The notes: generated by a model from the sequence alone, not told the origin. Positions 30,504 through 41,379 are shown, numbered from the stretch's first letter. The stretch: 64,000 nucleotides of DNA from an uncultured Verrucomicrobiae bacterium (GCA_963718565.1 OY970364.1:1920001-1984000); one strand, 5' to 3'. Numbers and translations are program-made.

Positions 30504-31362
30504 TGAGGGCTTTTACCTCTACGCTGAAAACTGTTCTAGTCCAGAAGAGCTTGTCGATTTTGTATGGATTGAGTCGGAAGATCTTGAAGGGCATGATCAA
30601 GTTTATCTTTTACTTTTTGAGCTCTGGAGAAGGTTGCTTCCTGAGAGATTTTGCCTCTCTATTTTCTGCGATGAGCTGGATTGTCTGATTGACTTATACG
30701 ATAAGGGAGAACTAGAAGATGAAGAGCCTTTACAAAATGCTCTTTCCATTCTCGAAGACATCTTAGATGATGCCTACGATGAGGGTAAAAATGTCGCTAA
30801 AAAAGTTTTTGAAGAAGTTGCTTCTTATTGCGCGCATGACTTAGAACGATTTATTTTTGATTACATTTCCGATCAAATCATCGAAAAAAATGAGACTTAT
30901 GCTTCCGAGCTTATCGATGCTTTTTATGATTATATCCGTGATCGCAGACGTTTTGACTTGTTAAGGGCACAGCTTTTAGCGCTCTTCGATCTCGAAGAAT
31001 CCCATATTATTTACGGCCGAATTTTTGAGGAGCTTAGAGAAGATCCTAATCTTGAGTTAACTTTGCTCGCCGCTGAAAGCTTGATTCATCATGGAGATGT
31101 CCGTCTTTTTATGCGTGCGATCAAACAAGCTCTTCCTTTGCTTAAGAATGAAGAAGAGTTTCAGAATCTTTTAACAATGGTTGCCGAATATTACCGTTGC
31201 CTCGATCGCGATGAGGAAGAAAAAATGATCAAAGGCTTGTTGGATGCCCGCTCATCTCTTCCCTTGAATGCTCTTGTCGACTCTTCCGACCAAGCAGTGG
31301 AGCGGATATCCCACCTGATTTCTATCTATTTTCCTGAATCAGGTTATACACAAGAAACCTGA
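30346..31362 (+). CDS. Acidic hypothetical protein
   Basis: Long ORF starting MQLKGKALFNLLR; helical, D/E-rich. Confidence 0.7.
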   Translation: MQLKGKALFNLLRINWQEDRKSEIKEWQMEDLRELDIGELFSRLKKLGLILDNEGFYLYAENCSSPEELVDFVWIESEDLEGHDQVYLLLFELWRRLLPERFCLSIFCDELDCLIDLYDKGELEDEEPLQNALSILEDILDDAYDEGKNVAKKVFEEVASYCAHDLERFIFDYISDQIIEKNETYASELIDAFYDYIRDRRRFDLLRAQLLALFDLEESHIIYGRIFEELREDPNLELTLLAAESLIHHGDVRLFMRAIKQALPLLKNEEEFQNLLTMVAEYYRCLDRDEEEKMIKGLLDARSSLPLNALVDSSDQAVERISHLISIYFPESGYTQET

Positions 31363-31422
31363 AGAATTGAGAAAAACTTGTCCAAGTAAGTCCGCTTAGG
31401 CTTTGCGAATGAAGAATATTTT

Positions 31423-31447
31423 ACCACCCGCTTGCGGAGCGGGTGGT
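31423..31447. terminator. GC-rich hairpin between convergent genes
   Basis: accacccgct-tgcgg-agcgggtggt. Confidence 0.5.
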
Positions 31448-31512
31448 TAGTAAATTCATCTAAGCTCCAATAGGTCGAAAACGATTTTTCGCAGACAGGC
31501 TCTGAGATAGCA

Positions 31513-31860
31513 TTACTTTTTGGACTGACTAAAAAATGCGCAGAGTTCTTCCTGGAATTCCATGCAGCCTTGCTTTTTCTCCATTTTGTTTCTCCAGCGA
31601 TGGCCATTTCCTTCTGCAATGAGTTTAGCGAGTTTGGTCATTCGATCATTTTGGGTTTTTAAGATATGGTCTTTAATCTTGTCTTTAAGCACTTCTTCCC
31701 ATGCTTCGTCAGCAATTTCGAGAAAATAATTCGCCTTCGACGATTCGCCATGATCTCCGCCGTGCGAGCACTCCCCATGTGTGTGGCAAGGACAGCAGCA
31801 TTGGTTTTGTTGAGAGTGGCATGAACAATTACAGTTTTTTTCATTGGAACAGCATCCCAT
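31513..31860 (-). CDS. Small protein with Cys/His-rich (metallothionein-like) N-terminus
   Basis: MGCCSNEKNCNCSCH...CCCPCHTHGECSH; gaggagg SD. Confidence 0.8.
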   Translation of the reverse strand: MGCCSNEKNCNCSCHSQQNQCCCPCHTHGECSHGGDHGESSKANYFLEIADEAWEEVLKDKIKDHILKTQNDRMTKLAKLIAEGNGHRWRNKMEKKQGCMEFQEELCAFFSQSKK

Positions 31861-31987
31861 ATTTTCCTCCTCTTAAGCTTTTTCAAAAAATAGAATATGT
31901 TGGACACAGTACATATTTATAAGAAATTTCAATGTTTTTTGCGATCTTTAATGGCGCCATGGGTGTAAATAAAAGTGTTGAGGCTAG

Positions 31988-34054
31988 CCCAAGTTCGCCC
32001 GAGAGAGCTGACCTAAGTCCCTCATAATCAACAACATTAAAATCAACCTTTGCTTTCGTAAGTCCTTTATTTTTAGTGCTTTGCTGTTTTTGCGAATTTG
32101 TAGTGACTGAAAATTTGTAAAATAATTATTTCATGTTTAAATAAATTCGATCCATCGGTAAGATCTGAGGGCATGTATATAAGAAAAACCCTCAAGACAG
32201 ACCGTAAGAGCGGAAAAACCTACTCTGCTTTTCACTTGGTTGAATCCGTGAGGACTGATAGAGGCCCGCGCCAACGCGCGCTTCTATACATGGGAGCCGA
32301 AATCAACCTCCCAGAAGAACAGCATGCACTTCTCGCTCAATGCATTGAAGATATTCTTACAAGTGCGCAATCGTTATTCGCTTATCCAGAAGAGATTCAA
32401 AAGCTAGCCCAATCTTACACCTCGCAGATTGTGCGTCGTTTGTCCGACCCAGGAGACAACGCGGAACAACTAAAACAAGATCTACTACCTGAATTTGTCA
32501 ATATCGACGTTCATTCAATTGAACAGACTGAACCACGGTCTGTTGGTGCGGAACATCTCTTACTTCAGATGGGAAATCAACTCAAACTGCCGGAACAGCT
32601 GCAAAAACTAGGCCTTTCAAAAACAGATGCCGCAATTGCCTTGGGATCGATCGTTGCCAGGGCTGTACACCCAAGCAGCGAAAGGGAAGCTTATCGGTGG
32701 CTATGCACTAGCAGTGGTCTTGGCGAATTACTTGATTTCGACTTTACAAAAACTACTTTGCACAAGCTCTATAAAATCAGCGATACGTTGCTGTCTCATA
32801 AAGACGGGTTGGAAACAGCTTTAGAAACCATCGAACAGCAATTTCATGGATACAAAAGTACAATAGCTCTCTACGATTTAACCAATACCTATACAGAAGG
32901 GCGGGCTGAGGCAAATCCAAAAGCTGCCTATGGTCTTTCGAAAGAAAAACGAAATGATTGCCCTCTCATTACTATAGGGCTAGTCATGAATGAGCACGGA
33001 TTTCTCATCAAAACCTCATTACTTGCAGGAAATGCTTCAGAGCCCCAAACCCTACAAACAATGATCGCGAGCCTAAGTATTCACTCGTCTCTAATCAAGC
33101 CAACTATTGTATTGGATGCAGGGATTGCTACCGAAGAGAATCTGACCTGGTTACGCAAGAATAGATATACGTATGTTGTCTCAGCAAGACAAGATCCTCC
33201 CGTTGTTGAATTTGAAGGACAATTAGTCTCAGTAGGTGATCAGCATGACCTAGTAAAAGCTGCCTTGATCAGTCAGGATGGTAATGAGGAAAATTGGCTC
33301 TATTGCGAATCTGAAGCAAAAGCAGCGGTCGCCTCAGGGATGAAGAAAAAATTCAGAAAACGATTTGAAGATGATCTACAAAAACTTGCGAATGGTCTTT
33401 CCAAACCTAAAGGGCGCAAGAAGCATAACAAAGTGCTTGAACGGGTAGGTCGGCTCAAGGAAAAGCATAAGAGAATTTCAGGATGCTATGAAGTCAATGC
33501 AATTCCTTCAGAAGATGGGCTCACCACAATTGCTGTGGAATGGAAGGTGATCGAAGAAAAAATGCAAGAAAAGCTCACTGGCTCCTATTTTCTGAGAACA
33601 AATCGAACCGATTTGGAAGCAAAAGAGTTATGGCAATTGTATAATGTTCTCAAAAGCGTTGAGGATGCGTTTCGATTTATGAAATCCTCATTAGGATTGC
33701 GTCCAGTCTATCACCAGAAGGAACATCGAGTGGACGGGCATTTATGGATCACCATACTTGCCTACCATCTAATCCAACACTGCAGGCACCAATTAATTCG
33801 AAAAGGGATAAACTATTTGTGGCAGACAATACGTAATATCATGATTACTCGAGTCCGAGTAACTGTGCGGGCCAAGACAACAGAAGGCAGGGTGCTCTAC
33901 CACCGCAGCACTACAAAGGCAGAAGGCGAGCAAATAGAGATTTACAGGGCGCTGGGATTATCGTCTTCAATTCTCAGAGGTCATAAAACACTCGTTTAAT
34001 TCAAGATGTAGTGACGAATTTGCATAGCTCCTCTGGGAAAGCCGCGAACTTGGG
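31988..34054 (+). mobile_element. IS1634-family insertion sequence with CTAG target duplication
   Basis: CTAG|cccaagttcgc...gcgaacttggg|CTAG; subterminal tgtagtgac at both ends. Confidence 0.9.
32173..33999 (+). CDS. IS1634 DDE transposase
   Basis: LVESVR..GPRQR, LYDLTNTY, GLSKEKRND, VLDAGI, VEDAFRFMKSSLGLRPVYH. Confidence 0.95.
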   Translation: MYIRKTLKTDRKSGKTYSAFHLVESVRTDRGPRQRALLYMGAEINLPEEQHALLAQCIEDILTSAQSLFAYPEEIQKLAQSYTSQIVRRLSDPGDNAEQLKQDLLPEFVNIDVHSIEQTEPRSVGAEHLLLQMGNQLKLPEQLQKLGLSKTDAAIALGSIVARAVHPSSEREAYRWLCTSSGLGELLDFDFTKTTLHKLYKISDTLLSHKDGLETALETIEQQFHGYKSTIALYDLTNTYTEGRAEANPKAAYGLSKEKRNDCPLITIGLVMNEHGFLIKTSLLAGNASEPQTLQTMIASLSIHSSLIKPTIVLDAGIATEENLTWLRKNRYTYVVSARQDPPVVEFEGQLVSVGDQHDLVKAALISQDGNEENWLYCESEAKAAVASGMKKKFRKRFEDDLQKLANGLSKPKGRKKHNKVLERVGRLKEKHKRISGCYEVNAIPSEDGLTTIAVEWKVIEEKMQEKLTGSYFLRTNRTDLEAKELWQLYNVLKSVEDAFRFMKSSLGLRPVYHQKEHRVDGHLWITILAYHLIQHCRHQLIRKGINYLWQTIRNIMITRVRVTVRAKTTEGRVLYHRSTTKAEGEQIEIYRALGLSSSILRGHKTLV

Positions 34055-34118
34055 CTAGGCATTACTTCAATGCCTAGCCTCAACACTTTTATTTACACCC
34101 TGGCGCCATTGAAAACAG

Positions 34119-34874
34119 TCAAAGGATCTTTTCGGGAATGAAATTCAGGTAATCGCAAGAAGTGAAATGATAGTTGACACCGTGGGCTTCTCCGAAAGGA
34201 AGGGCTCCTTTGCGAACGTTGTGTAGATGTCCAAACACACAATGTCTAATCTGGTAGAACTCTAAAATTTGGGAGGCGCGGGATGGTTGGAGATTGGCAT
34301 CGATCGGGGGGTAGTGCGTCATCGCAATCCTCACTTGACTTTCCTTAGGCAGCTGGGAGAGGCTTAATTTTAATCGCTCGAGTTCGCGAATAAAAATGCG
34401 CTCTCCTTCTTCTTTTTCTTGGGCGAGTTGCTCGAGTGTTTTGATGCGTGCTCGGGGATTTTCCTGAAATTCGATATACGGGTTAAAACTATACTCGGGC
34501 GTGTCCCACAATCTCGCCCCGCCAATGGCGATCTCATTCCAGATAAAATGGTTGTTGTGAATAAAATGGATGGATGGGGGCATGACTTTAGAAAGTTTCG
34601 ATGAGGAGCTCCACCAGTAGTCATGATTGCCGCGAATGATCACTTTTGTCCCTGGAAGAGCATCGATCCATTCCAGGTCGATCAGAGCTTGTTCTAGATG
34701 CATCGCCCAAGAAATATCCCCTGGAATGAGAACAAGATCTGCCGAGGAGATCATTTTTTTCCAATTCGCCTCAATTTTCTCGCTATAGTTTTTCCAGGAA
34801 GGCCCAAAGGTTTCCATGGTTTTTTCAGGAACACTAAAAGCGAGATGCAGGTCGGACAGGGCCCAGATAGACAT
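34119..34874 (-). CDS. Calcineurin-like metallophosphoesterase
   Basis: SDLH, PGDISWA, GNHD, THYPP, GHLH. Confidence 0.93.
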   Translation of the reverse strand: MSIWALSDLHLAFSVPEKTMETFGPSWKNYSEKIEANWKKMISSADLVLIPGDISWAMHLEQALIDLEWIDALPGTKVIIRGNHDYWWSSSSKLSKVMPPSIHFIHNNHFIWNEIAIGGARLWDTPEYSFNPYIEFQENPRARIKTLEQLAQEKEEGERIFIRELERLKLSLSQLPKESQVRIAMTHYPPIDANLQPSRASQILEFYQIRHCVFGHLHNVRKGALPFGEAHGVNYHFTSCDYLNFIPEKIL

Positions 34875-34892
34875 AGATAACTAGTTTGAGAG

Positions 34893-36218
34893 TTAAAGAA
34901 CAAAGCCATTGGGAATTTTTGTTCCCGATGTCACAACGATAATTCCATCCCGAATATAAATACCATCGCCATCAAATTGCTGAAGATTTTTTTTGTTGAG
35001 GAGCTGAACATGATTTCCGACGGAAGTGTGTTCGTCGAGGATGGCTTTTTCGATGTGGCAGTTTTCGCCGATGGAAGTTTCTTCGGGGATCGTCATTCCA
35101 GAGAGCTGGGGTTCATTGAACAATGTTCCCAGGACAATGGAATTGCGGATAACGGATCCTTTTTTGATTTTGATGCGAATCCCGATGACGCTATGAGAGA
35201 TTTCCTGTGCCTCAATGACAGCGCCTTGGCTGATGATGGATCGGTTGATCAGGGTATCTTTGATCAAGGGGCTGGGAAGATTATGCGGATGAGTAAAGAT
35301 CGGATTATGCTCATCATAAGTATTTAAACAATGTTCTTGATGGGTTAGAGCTAAATTGGCCCGATAATAGGATGCGATTGTCCCAATATCTTCCCAATAT
35401 CCTTTATACACGTAAGCTGAAGTCTTACCTTTTTTGAACTGAATCGGAATCAGGTCCCTACCAAAGTCATCCCCTTGTTCTTTCAAAAGATTAAAAAGAG
35501 CTTTGCGCTTAAAGATATAGATGCCCATGGAGCCTAAGTAATGGGTCACGCCGGGGTGCAAAATTTTATGCCCATTTAAAAATTCTGCAGGGACTTCAAA
35601 CTTTTTCAAAATATCTGGATCGGAGGGTTTTTCGAAGAATTCCAGAGCGCGGCATGTGGAATCAATTTTGAGCAGCCCCATTCTTCGAGCTTCTGTCTCT
35701 TCGACAGGGATGGAAGCGATGACCATATCCGCATCTTCTTTTTTAGCAAATTGCAGCATCTCAGTAAAGTTCATATTATAGAGCTGATCCCCGGAAAGAA
35801 TCAAAAAGTACTCAGCTTGAGTCGCTTCTAAATGTTCAAGGTTTTGTCTGACGGCATCGGCTGTTCCTTTGAACCACACCTTTCGCTGAGGGGTCTCTTC
35901 AGGGCAAAGCATTTGAATCTTAGATTGGCGAAAGTAATCCAGTTGGTAAGTCTCAAGGATATGTTGATGTAGAGAAGATGCGAAATATTGCGAAATGATA
36001 AAGATGCGATGAATATGGGCATTGAGCGAATTAGAGATCGGAATATCGATGAGGCGGTACCGGCCTCCGAAGCAAACTGCTGGCTTACAACGAGTTTGGG
36101 TTAATGGATACAGGCGCGTCCCTTGTCCGCCAGCTAAAATGACGCTGGCGACTTTGCTCATGATTTCTTTATGCTTCATTTTGTCCGGGGACACGAGAAC
36201 CCTCTCATCGGCCTTCAA
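34893..36218 (-). CDS. glgC: Glucose-1-phosphate adenylyltransferase
   Basis: ILAGGQGTRLYPLT..RCKPAV, GTADAVRQ, FFEKP, YWEDIGTI. Confidence 0.97.
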   Translation of the reverse strand: MKADERVLVSPDKMKHKEIMSKVASVILAGGQGTRLYPLTQTRCKPAVCFGGRYRLIDIPISNSLNAHIHRIFIISQYFASSLHQHILETYQLDYFRQSKIQMLCPEETPQRKVWFKGTADAVRQNLEHLEATQAEYFLILSGDQLYNMNFTEMLQFAKKEDADMVIASIPVEETEARRMGLLKIDSTCRALEFFEKPSDPDILKKFEVPAEFLNGHKILHPGVTHYLGSMGIYIFKRKALFNLLKEQGDDFGRDLIPIQFKKGKTSAYVYKGYWEDIGTIASYYRANLALTHQEHCLNTYDEHNPIFTHPHNLPSPLIKDTLINRSIISQGAVIEAQEISHSVIGIRIKIKKGSVIRNSIVLGTLFNEPQLSGMTIPEETSIGENCHIEKAILDEHTSVGNHVQLLNKKNLQQFDGDGIYIRDGIIVVTSGTKIPNGFVL

Positions 36219-36531
36219 AAATTTTTTATATCATTTTTTTTAATTAATAATCAATTTATTTTTAATTATGTTTGTTATGTTTTTGGGGTGATAATAGCGA
36301 GTTTTTTCGATTTTTGTTAGAGTCAGTCCGCAAATCCATTACTTTGATTTTTGATGAAATGGATGGATCAAAGTCAGGGATAAGTTCAGACCTGTCGGGG
36401 CGCCAATGACAAATTAGCTTCTTGTGACATATGTTTTTCGTACAGGCGTTACAGGGGGCTAAAAAAACCAATTTTTGAAGTTTCTTCAGTATATACTGCG
36501 CCTAGTCTAAAAATGTGAATTTATGGGGCCA

Positions 36532-37497
36532 TTATAACAGCCCAGCTAGATTTTTGACTTCGTGGGCATTATAGCTGGAGCGGACAAATGGGCCGCAGTA
36601 CATCTGTTTAACGCCAATCGAATAACCGTATTCCTCATAGTGTTTGAATTGGGTGGGTGTCACGAATTCTTTAACGAGGAGTTTTTTAGACCCCGGCTGT
36701 AAATATTGCCCGATCGTGATGATATTGCAACCTGCCTGATAAAGATCGGAGATCGTCTGTTCCACTTGGCTAGGAGTTTCACCCAGCCCTACCATCAATC
36801 CGGACTTGACGTGGGCAGTAAGCCTCGAATTGCGCGCGTAACTCAATACAGAAAGAGTGCGATCATAAGTGGCCTTATGCCTCACGCGAGGCGTTAGTTC
36901 GCGCACGGTTTCGATGTTGTGATTAAACACATCCGGGGCTTCTTTAAGGACAATATCCAATGAAGAGTGTTGGCCGGAAAAGTCTGAAGTGAGGACTTCT
37001 ATAGACACACCCGCACATTCTTTTCTGATCGTTCGGATAATTGCAGCAATATGTTCGGCTCCACCGTCTGGGAGATCGTCGCGTGCGACCATTGTGATGA
37101 CAACGTGCTGCAATCCCAATTCTTTTACGGATCCAGCGATCCTTAGCGGTTCATCTTCTTCAGGGGTTCTCGGTGTCTTTGTAAAATCGATATCGCAAAA
37201 TCCACAGTTGCGGGTGCATGCTTTGCCGAGTGCTAAAAAAGTTGCCGTTTTATTGGAATAACACTCGAAGCGGTTGGGACATTTGGCTTCTTCGCACACT
37301 GTATTCAAACGATACTTGGATAAAATCGCATTCGTTTTGAAAAGATTGGCTCCTTTGGGCAGGTTGCGATGCAACCAAGAAGGAAACCTTCCTCGAGAAG
37401 AAGTTGCTGTTGGATATGATTCTGGATTAATGGGCAATTTATTCAATTTTGGCTGGGAAGAAAGCTGCTGAACTTGCGCATCGCGTTCTTCTGTCAT
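36532..37497 (-). CDS. lipA: Lipoyl synthase
   Basis: VCEEAKCPN..EC, CTRNCGFC, VRSSY. Confidence 0.98.
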   Translation of the reverse strand: MTEERDAQVQQLSSQPKLNKLPINPESYPTATSSRGRFPSWLHRNLPKGANLFKTNAILSKYRLNTVCEEAKCPNRFECYSNKTATFLALGKACTRNCGFCDIDFTKTPRTPEEDEPLRIAGSVKELGLQHVVITMVARDDLPDGGAEHIAAIIRTIRKECAGVSIEVLTSDFSGQHSSLDIVLKEAPDVFNHNIETVRELTPRVRHKATYDRTLSVLSYARNSRLTAHVKSGLMVGLGETPSQVEQTISDLYQAGCNIITIGQYLQPGSKKLLVKEFVTPTQFKHYEEYGYSIGVKQMYCGPFVRSSYNAHEVKNLAGLL

Positions 37498-38894
37498 TTC
37501 TTTACTTTGGGCGGAAAGTGGATGGGGGTGTCATTGGCAAGCAACGCTGCTTCTAGCCAAGCTTCGGCGACTGTCGGGTGTGCATGAATGGTGCCTGCTA
37601 TGCACTCGACGGTGAGTTCATTCGCAATGGCGAGCCCCATCTCAGCAATCAATGTCGAAGCTTCGTGTCCGACGACCTGGGCGCCAAGGAGCTGACCTGT
37701 TTTACGGTCGATGATCACTTGAGCAAATCCTTCTGTTTCTATGGCTGCGACCGATTTGCCCAGAGCTTGAAAAGGAAACTTTCCGACGGCAGCTTGGTAA
37801 CCTGCTTCGTGGGCCTGCTCGAATGTCATTCCCACCGTGGCTATTTCCGGATTAGTGAAGATAACGGCGGGAACAGAATTGTAGTGCATTTTTAGGGATT
37901 GCCCACTGGCATTTGATGCGGCAATGACCCCCTGGTGGGAAGCGACATGGGCGAGCATATATTTGCCGGTCACATCGCCAATGGCATAAATTCCAGGGAC
38001 GTTGGTCTCCATTTTGTCATTCACGGGAATGATGCCTTTGTCGCTAACTATGACACCGGCTTTTTCAATGCCAAGCCCTGAAGAAATGATTTTTCTTCCA
38101 ACCGAGACAAGAGCGATGTCACAAGCCACAGCTGGTTTGTCTTTTAATCGTATGCTCAAGCCATTTGAATTCTGGTCGATCCCCTCGACCATGACGCCCG
38201 TGCGGATTTCAATGCCTTTTTTTGTAAAAGCACGGGTCAAATTCTCAGCGACGCTTTTACCTTGTAACATGACGATCGAGGAAAGGGCTTCCAAAATGAT
38301 CACTTTGACGCCTAAGTCGGAGAATAGAGAGGCAAATTCGCAACCGATATAGCCCCCCCCGACCACTGCCAAGGTCTTTGGAAGAGCAGTCAATTCGAGA
38401 ATCGAGGTGGAGTTGAAGACGCGCTTGTGGTCGCAAGGAAATGCCGAGATGTCCAAAGGTTCTGATCCTGTTGCAATGATCGTTTTTTCCGCATGAACGA
38501 TGAGATTATTTTGCCCTTTGATCTTGATCTCACGTGGAGAGAGAAACTCGGCTTGACCGCGCAAAACCGTAATGCCATTAGATTGGATTAATCCTTCTAA
38601 GCTCTTGCGAATCTTGTCGATGACGTCGTCTTTGCGCTTCTTCATCTTTGCATAATCGAAAGTCACTGAACCGGTCACGATTCCATATTCCGCTGCATGA
38701 AGGATCTTTTGCATGACTGCAGCATTGGCAAGCAAAGTTTTCGTCGGGATGCAGCCAACATTGAGACAGCAGCCACCTATGAGGCCCTTTTCGATCAGAC
38801 AGACGCGCATTCCCACTTGCGCAGCTTTGATGGCAGCGACATAACCTCCTGGTCCCGATCCAATCACAGCCAGATCAAAGTTTTGCCTTTCCAT
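37494..38894 (-). CDS. lpdA: Dihydrolipoyl dehydrogenase
   Basis: GSGPGGY, CLNVGCIPTK, GGGYIG, HAHPTVAE. Confidence 0.98.
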   Translation of the reverse strand: MERQNFDLAVIGSGPGGYVAAIKAAQVGMRVCLIEKGLIGGCCLNVGCIPTKTLLANAAVMQKILHAAEYGIVTGSVTFDYAKMKKRKDDVIDKIRKSLEGLIQSNGITVLRGQAEFLSPREIKIKGQNNLIVHAEKTIIATGSEPLDISAFPCDHKRVFNSTSILELTALPKTLAVVGGGYIGCEFASLFSDLGVKVIILEALSSIVMLQGKSVAENLTRAFTKKGIEIRTGVMVEGIDQNSNGLSIRLKDKPAVACDIALVSVGRKIISSGLGIEKAGVIVSDKGIIPVNDKMETNVPGIYAIGDVTGKYMLAHVASHQGVIAASNASGQSLKMHYNSVPAVIFTNPEIATVGMTFEQAHEAGYQAAVGKFPFQALGKSVAAIETEGFAQVIIDRKTGQLLGAQVVGHEASTLIAEMGLAIANELTVECIAGTIHAHPTVAEAWLEAALLANDTPIHFPPKVKK

Positions 38895-39042
38895 GGTAAG
38901 AAAACTCCTCTTTCGTCAGAGATATATTGAGTATAACTCACAAGCCTTTTGCAGCATACATCATTGATTTAATTATTAAAAAAGATAGAAAACTTTGAAT
39001 TCTTGTGCGAAGATTAAGCTCATCAACCTTTATGAATTTTCT

Positions 39043-39600
39043 ATGCTCCCTAAAGATCGTCAAAAAATGTGTACGAGTTGCGACGGGCGAATTCCTGTGG
39101 ATGCCGAGGTTTGCCCTTATTGCGCAGCGGATACGAAGCCTGCCCGAGCGCCTACCAGTGGTGCTAAAGAGCTTCATCATCAATCTCTTCAAGAGAGTTT
39201 GACCTCGCTTTACACTCCTCTCTATGGAAAAAATTCCCCTGTTTTTAGCCAGGGGGCTGAAAAAAGAGAAATGCCTTCTTTTAATAAAGCTGAACCCTTA
39301 AAGGAACCTATGGTGGAAAAAAGATTTATACCACACTCTGCATCCCCTTCTTTGGGGGCTCCAACGATTCCTGCCTCGTCTGTTGCAGATCCAAGCGCTG
39401 ACCAAGAGAAAAATGGTTTTTGGCCAATTTTGTTGCTATCCATTGGAACAAACCTGCTCACATTAGGTCTCCTTCAACTGTTTTTCTCAGATAATGGTTT
39501 TTTACGTCTCGAGTGGGACAGCAGCTACTGGTTCATCTATTGTTTGGCTGCCCTCCCGCTTTTTTTCCTTGGCTTTAAAAAAGCCAATCTTCTCAAATGA
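39043..39600 (+). CDS. Zinc-ribbon membrane protein
   Basis: CTSC...CPYC at N-terminus, two C-terminal TMs; divergent from lpdA. Confidence 0.75.
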   Translation: MLPKDRQKMCTSCDGRIPVDAEVCPYCAADTKPARAPTSGAKELHHQSLQESLTSLYTPLYGKNSPVFSQGAEKREMPSFNKAEPLKEPMVEKRFIPHSASPSLGAPTIPASSVADPSADQEKNGFWPILLLSIGTNLLTLGLLQLFFSDNGFLRLEWDSSYWFIYCLAALPLFFLGFKKANLLK

Positions 39601-39630
39601 GTAAAAACCTTACCCTAAGGACTGCATTCC

Positions 39631-40491
39631 ATGTCATTCGGTATATCTCTTCTTAAATTTCGAAAATTGCCTCTCACAATTTTCTTGCTGTTTTTCGCAA
39701 TCTTTGTCGTTTCTTCCTCATTTGGAGAAAAAAAAACCGCTTATCCATTAACCGCTGATGAAAAAGTTTGGATGGAGCCCTTTTTTAGAGGTGTTATGTT
39801 GCAACATCAGGCCATTTATACTCTTTGCGGAAGTAAGCCGATGACAATGATTTCTCTAGAAGATGAAGCTCGTTCAAATGACGATCATAAGCTTAAGAAA
39901 AATCGTATTGTCATGGAAGATTACCATTTGTTGCAAAATTGGGAAAATTGGGAACAAGTAAAATCTAAGTTTCAATTCAGCCGGTATGCTTTTTTCAAGA
40001 AAGAAGATTCTGCAGATACAAAAAGCACTACGATTTATTTTGCAGATCTGACAAAGGTGGCCCTTATTCTTCAGGAAAATTACAACACGTTTAAGCGTGA
40101 AACGGGCCTGGATTTTGATCCATTGAAAGAATCACTTAAGATCCAGAATGGTTCTGAATTTTGGGACAAGACCTTTGGCAATCCCGCTCTTCTGGGGATT
40201 CTATTAGGATATGGCATTAAAAACTCTTTCTGTTTTCAATGGAAATATGGCGATCTGCCTGAGGGGCATCAACAACTCGCCGAAACTCTTGTATTTCAAT
40301 TTAGCGATAAGCCACAAGGGGGAAAGGCCACTTTTGATAAATTATCTTTGCCTATCTTTGCTTCTTTTTCTCAAGGCGAAGATGAAGTCATTGAGAAATA
40401 TAAAAGAGAGCGTGAAGTCATCCAGGCGAGTTATGAAGACAAGGATTTTCTGAATCTTACTCTCCAAAAGCTGACACAGATCGATCAATAA
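39631..40491 (+). CDS. Hypothetical exported/membrane-anchored protein
   Basis: N-terminal hydrophobic segment, 286-aa ORF. Confidence 0.7.
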   Translation: MSFGISLLKFRKLPLTIFLLFFAIFVVSSSFGEKKTAYPLTADEKVWMEPFFRGVMLQHQAIYTLCGSKPMTMISLEDEARSNDDHKLKKNRIVMEDYHLLQNWENWEQVKSKFQFSRYAFFKKEDSADTKSTTIYFADLTKVALILQENYNTFKRETGLDFDPLKESLKIQNGSEFWDKTFGNPALLGILLGYGIKNSFCFQWKYGDLPEGHQQLAETLVFQFSDKPQGGKATFDKLSLPIFASFSQGEDEVIEKYKREREVIQASYEDKDFLNLTLQKLTQIDQ

Positions 40492-40752
40492 TTAGACTCG
40501 CTCAGTAGCCAAATCGAAGTTTGAGGTGGGGAACTTTACCTATGTCTTGTCTAGAGGCAAGCTTCTCTTCGCAATCACTCATATCTCTGATCTCTTGATA
40601 ATTTCTATTGTCCAAAAGACGAGTTTCTGGGTTCACAGTAACTCGAATGATTTTGCTCTCTTCTTCCAGTTGAGTTGACTTTTGAAATTTATGACCAGAA
40701 AAACTATCTGGATAGGTCAAGAGTACACAGTCCCCTTTTTGAATGTGATTCA

Positions 40753-41379
40753 TTATGGTGTCGAATTATACGCTTGTGTAAATGTACCGATAGGATCTAC
40801 GAGATGTCTAAAGCACCATCTCGAAACGATTAAATCGACCTTGTTCTCCAATTGCAGTCCTCGCGCTTGGAATTCGTCCATGAGTGTTTCTATTTGAAAT
40901 TCACCGAACTCATACAGCTTGCATTGTCCTAGCTCTGTCACGGCTTCATTCCAGTTTGCTTCTCCCCGAATTCCGATGATATGTATTGTGACGTCTTTGG
41001 GAATGTCTTTTTTTGCGTTTAGGTATTTAGCAAGCTCCCGACCCCATTGATAATTTCCAGCTCCGATATCTAAGGCGTAAAAATCCTTAATCTCTGGCGG
41101 CGCCTCTCGGATCATTTTTTTCATAAGTTTATGTTCTTTGATTCCACCGATATCATATCTATTACCCCCATTATAAAAGCCCCAGCTGCTTTTGGTTTTG
41201 CCGACTATCGCTTGAAATGCTCTAGAGATGGAATGGTTAATTTCTGAGGTCCTTTCCTTCCAGAGGAGATAAATAGATCCATTAGATAACCCTCTTTCCA
41301 CTTCAGGTATTATGAAATTCATTGGAGACCTCGTCGGAGTATATGAAATGAGAGCCGTACTCACTGAACTTACAGACAT
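40753..41379 (-). pseudogene. Truncated class I SAM-methyltransferase-like effector candidate
   Basis: ALDIGAGN motif I and VDLIVSRWCFRHL; stops where a LkPGG-like motif would follow; S/T-rich N-terminus; AT-rich upstream. Confidence 0.55.
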
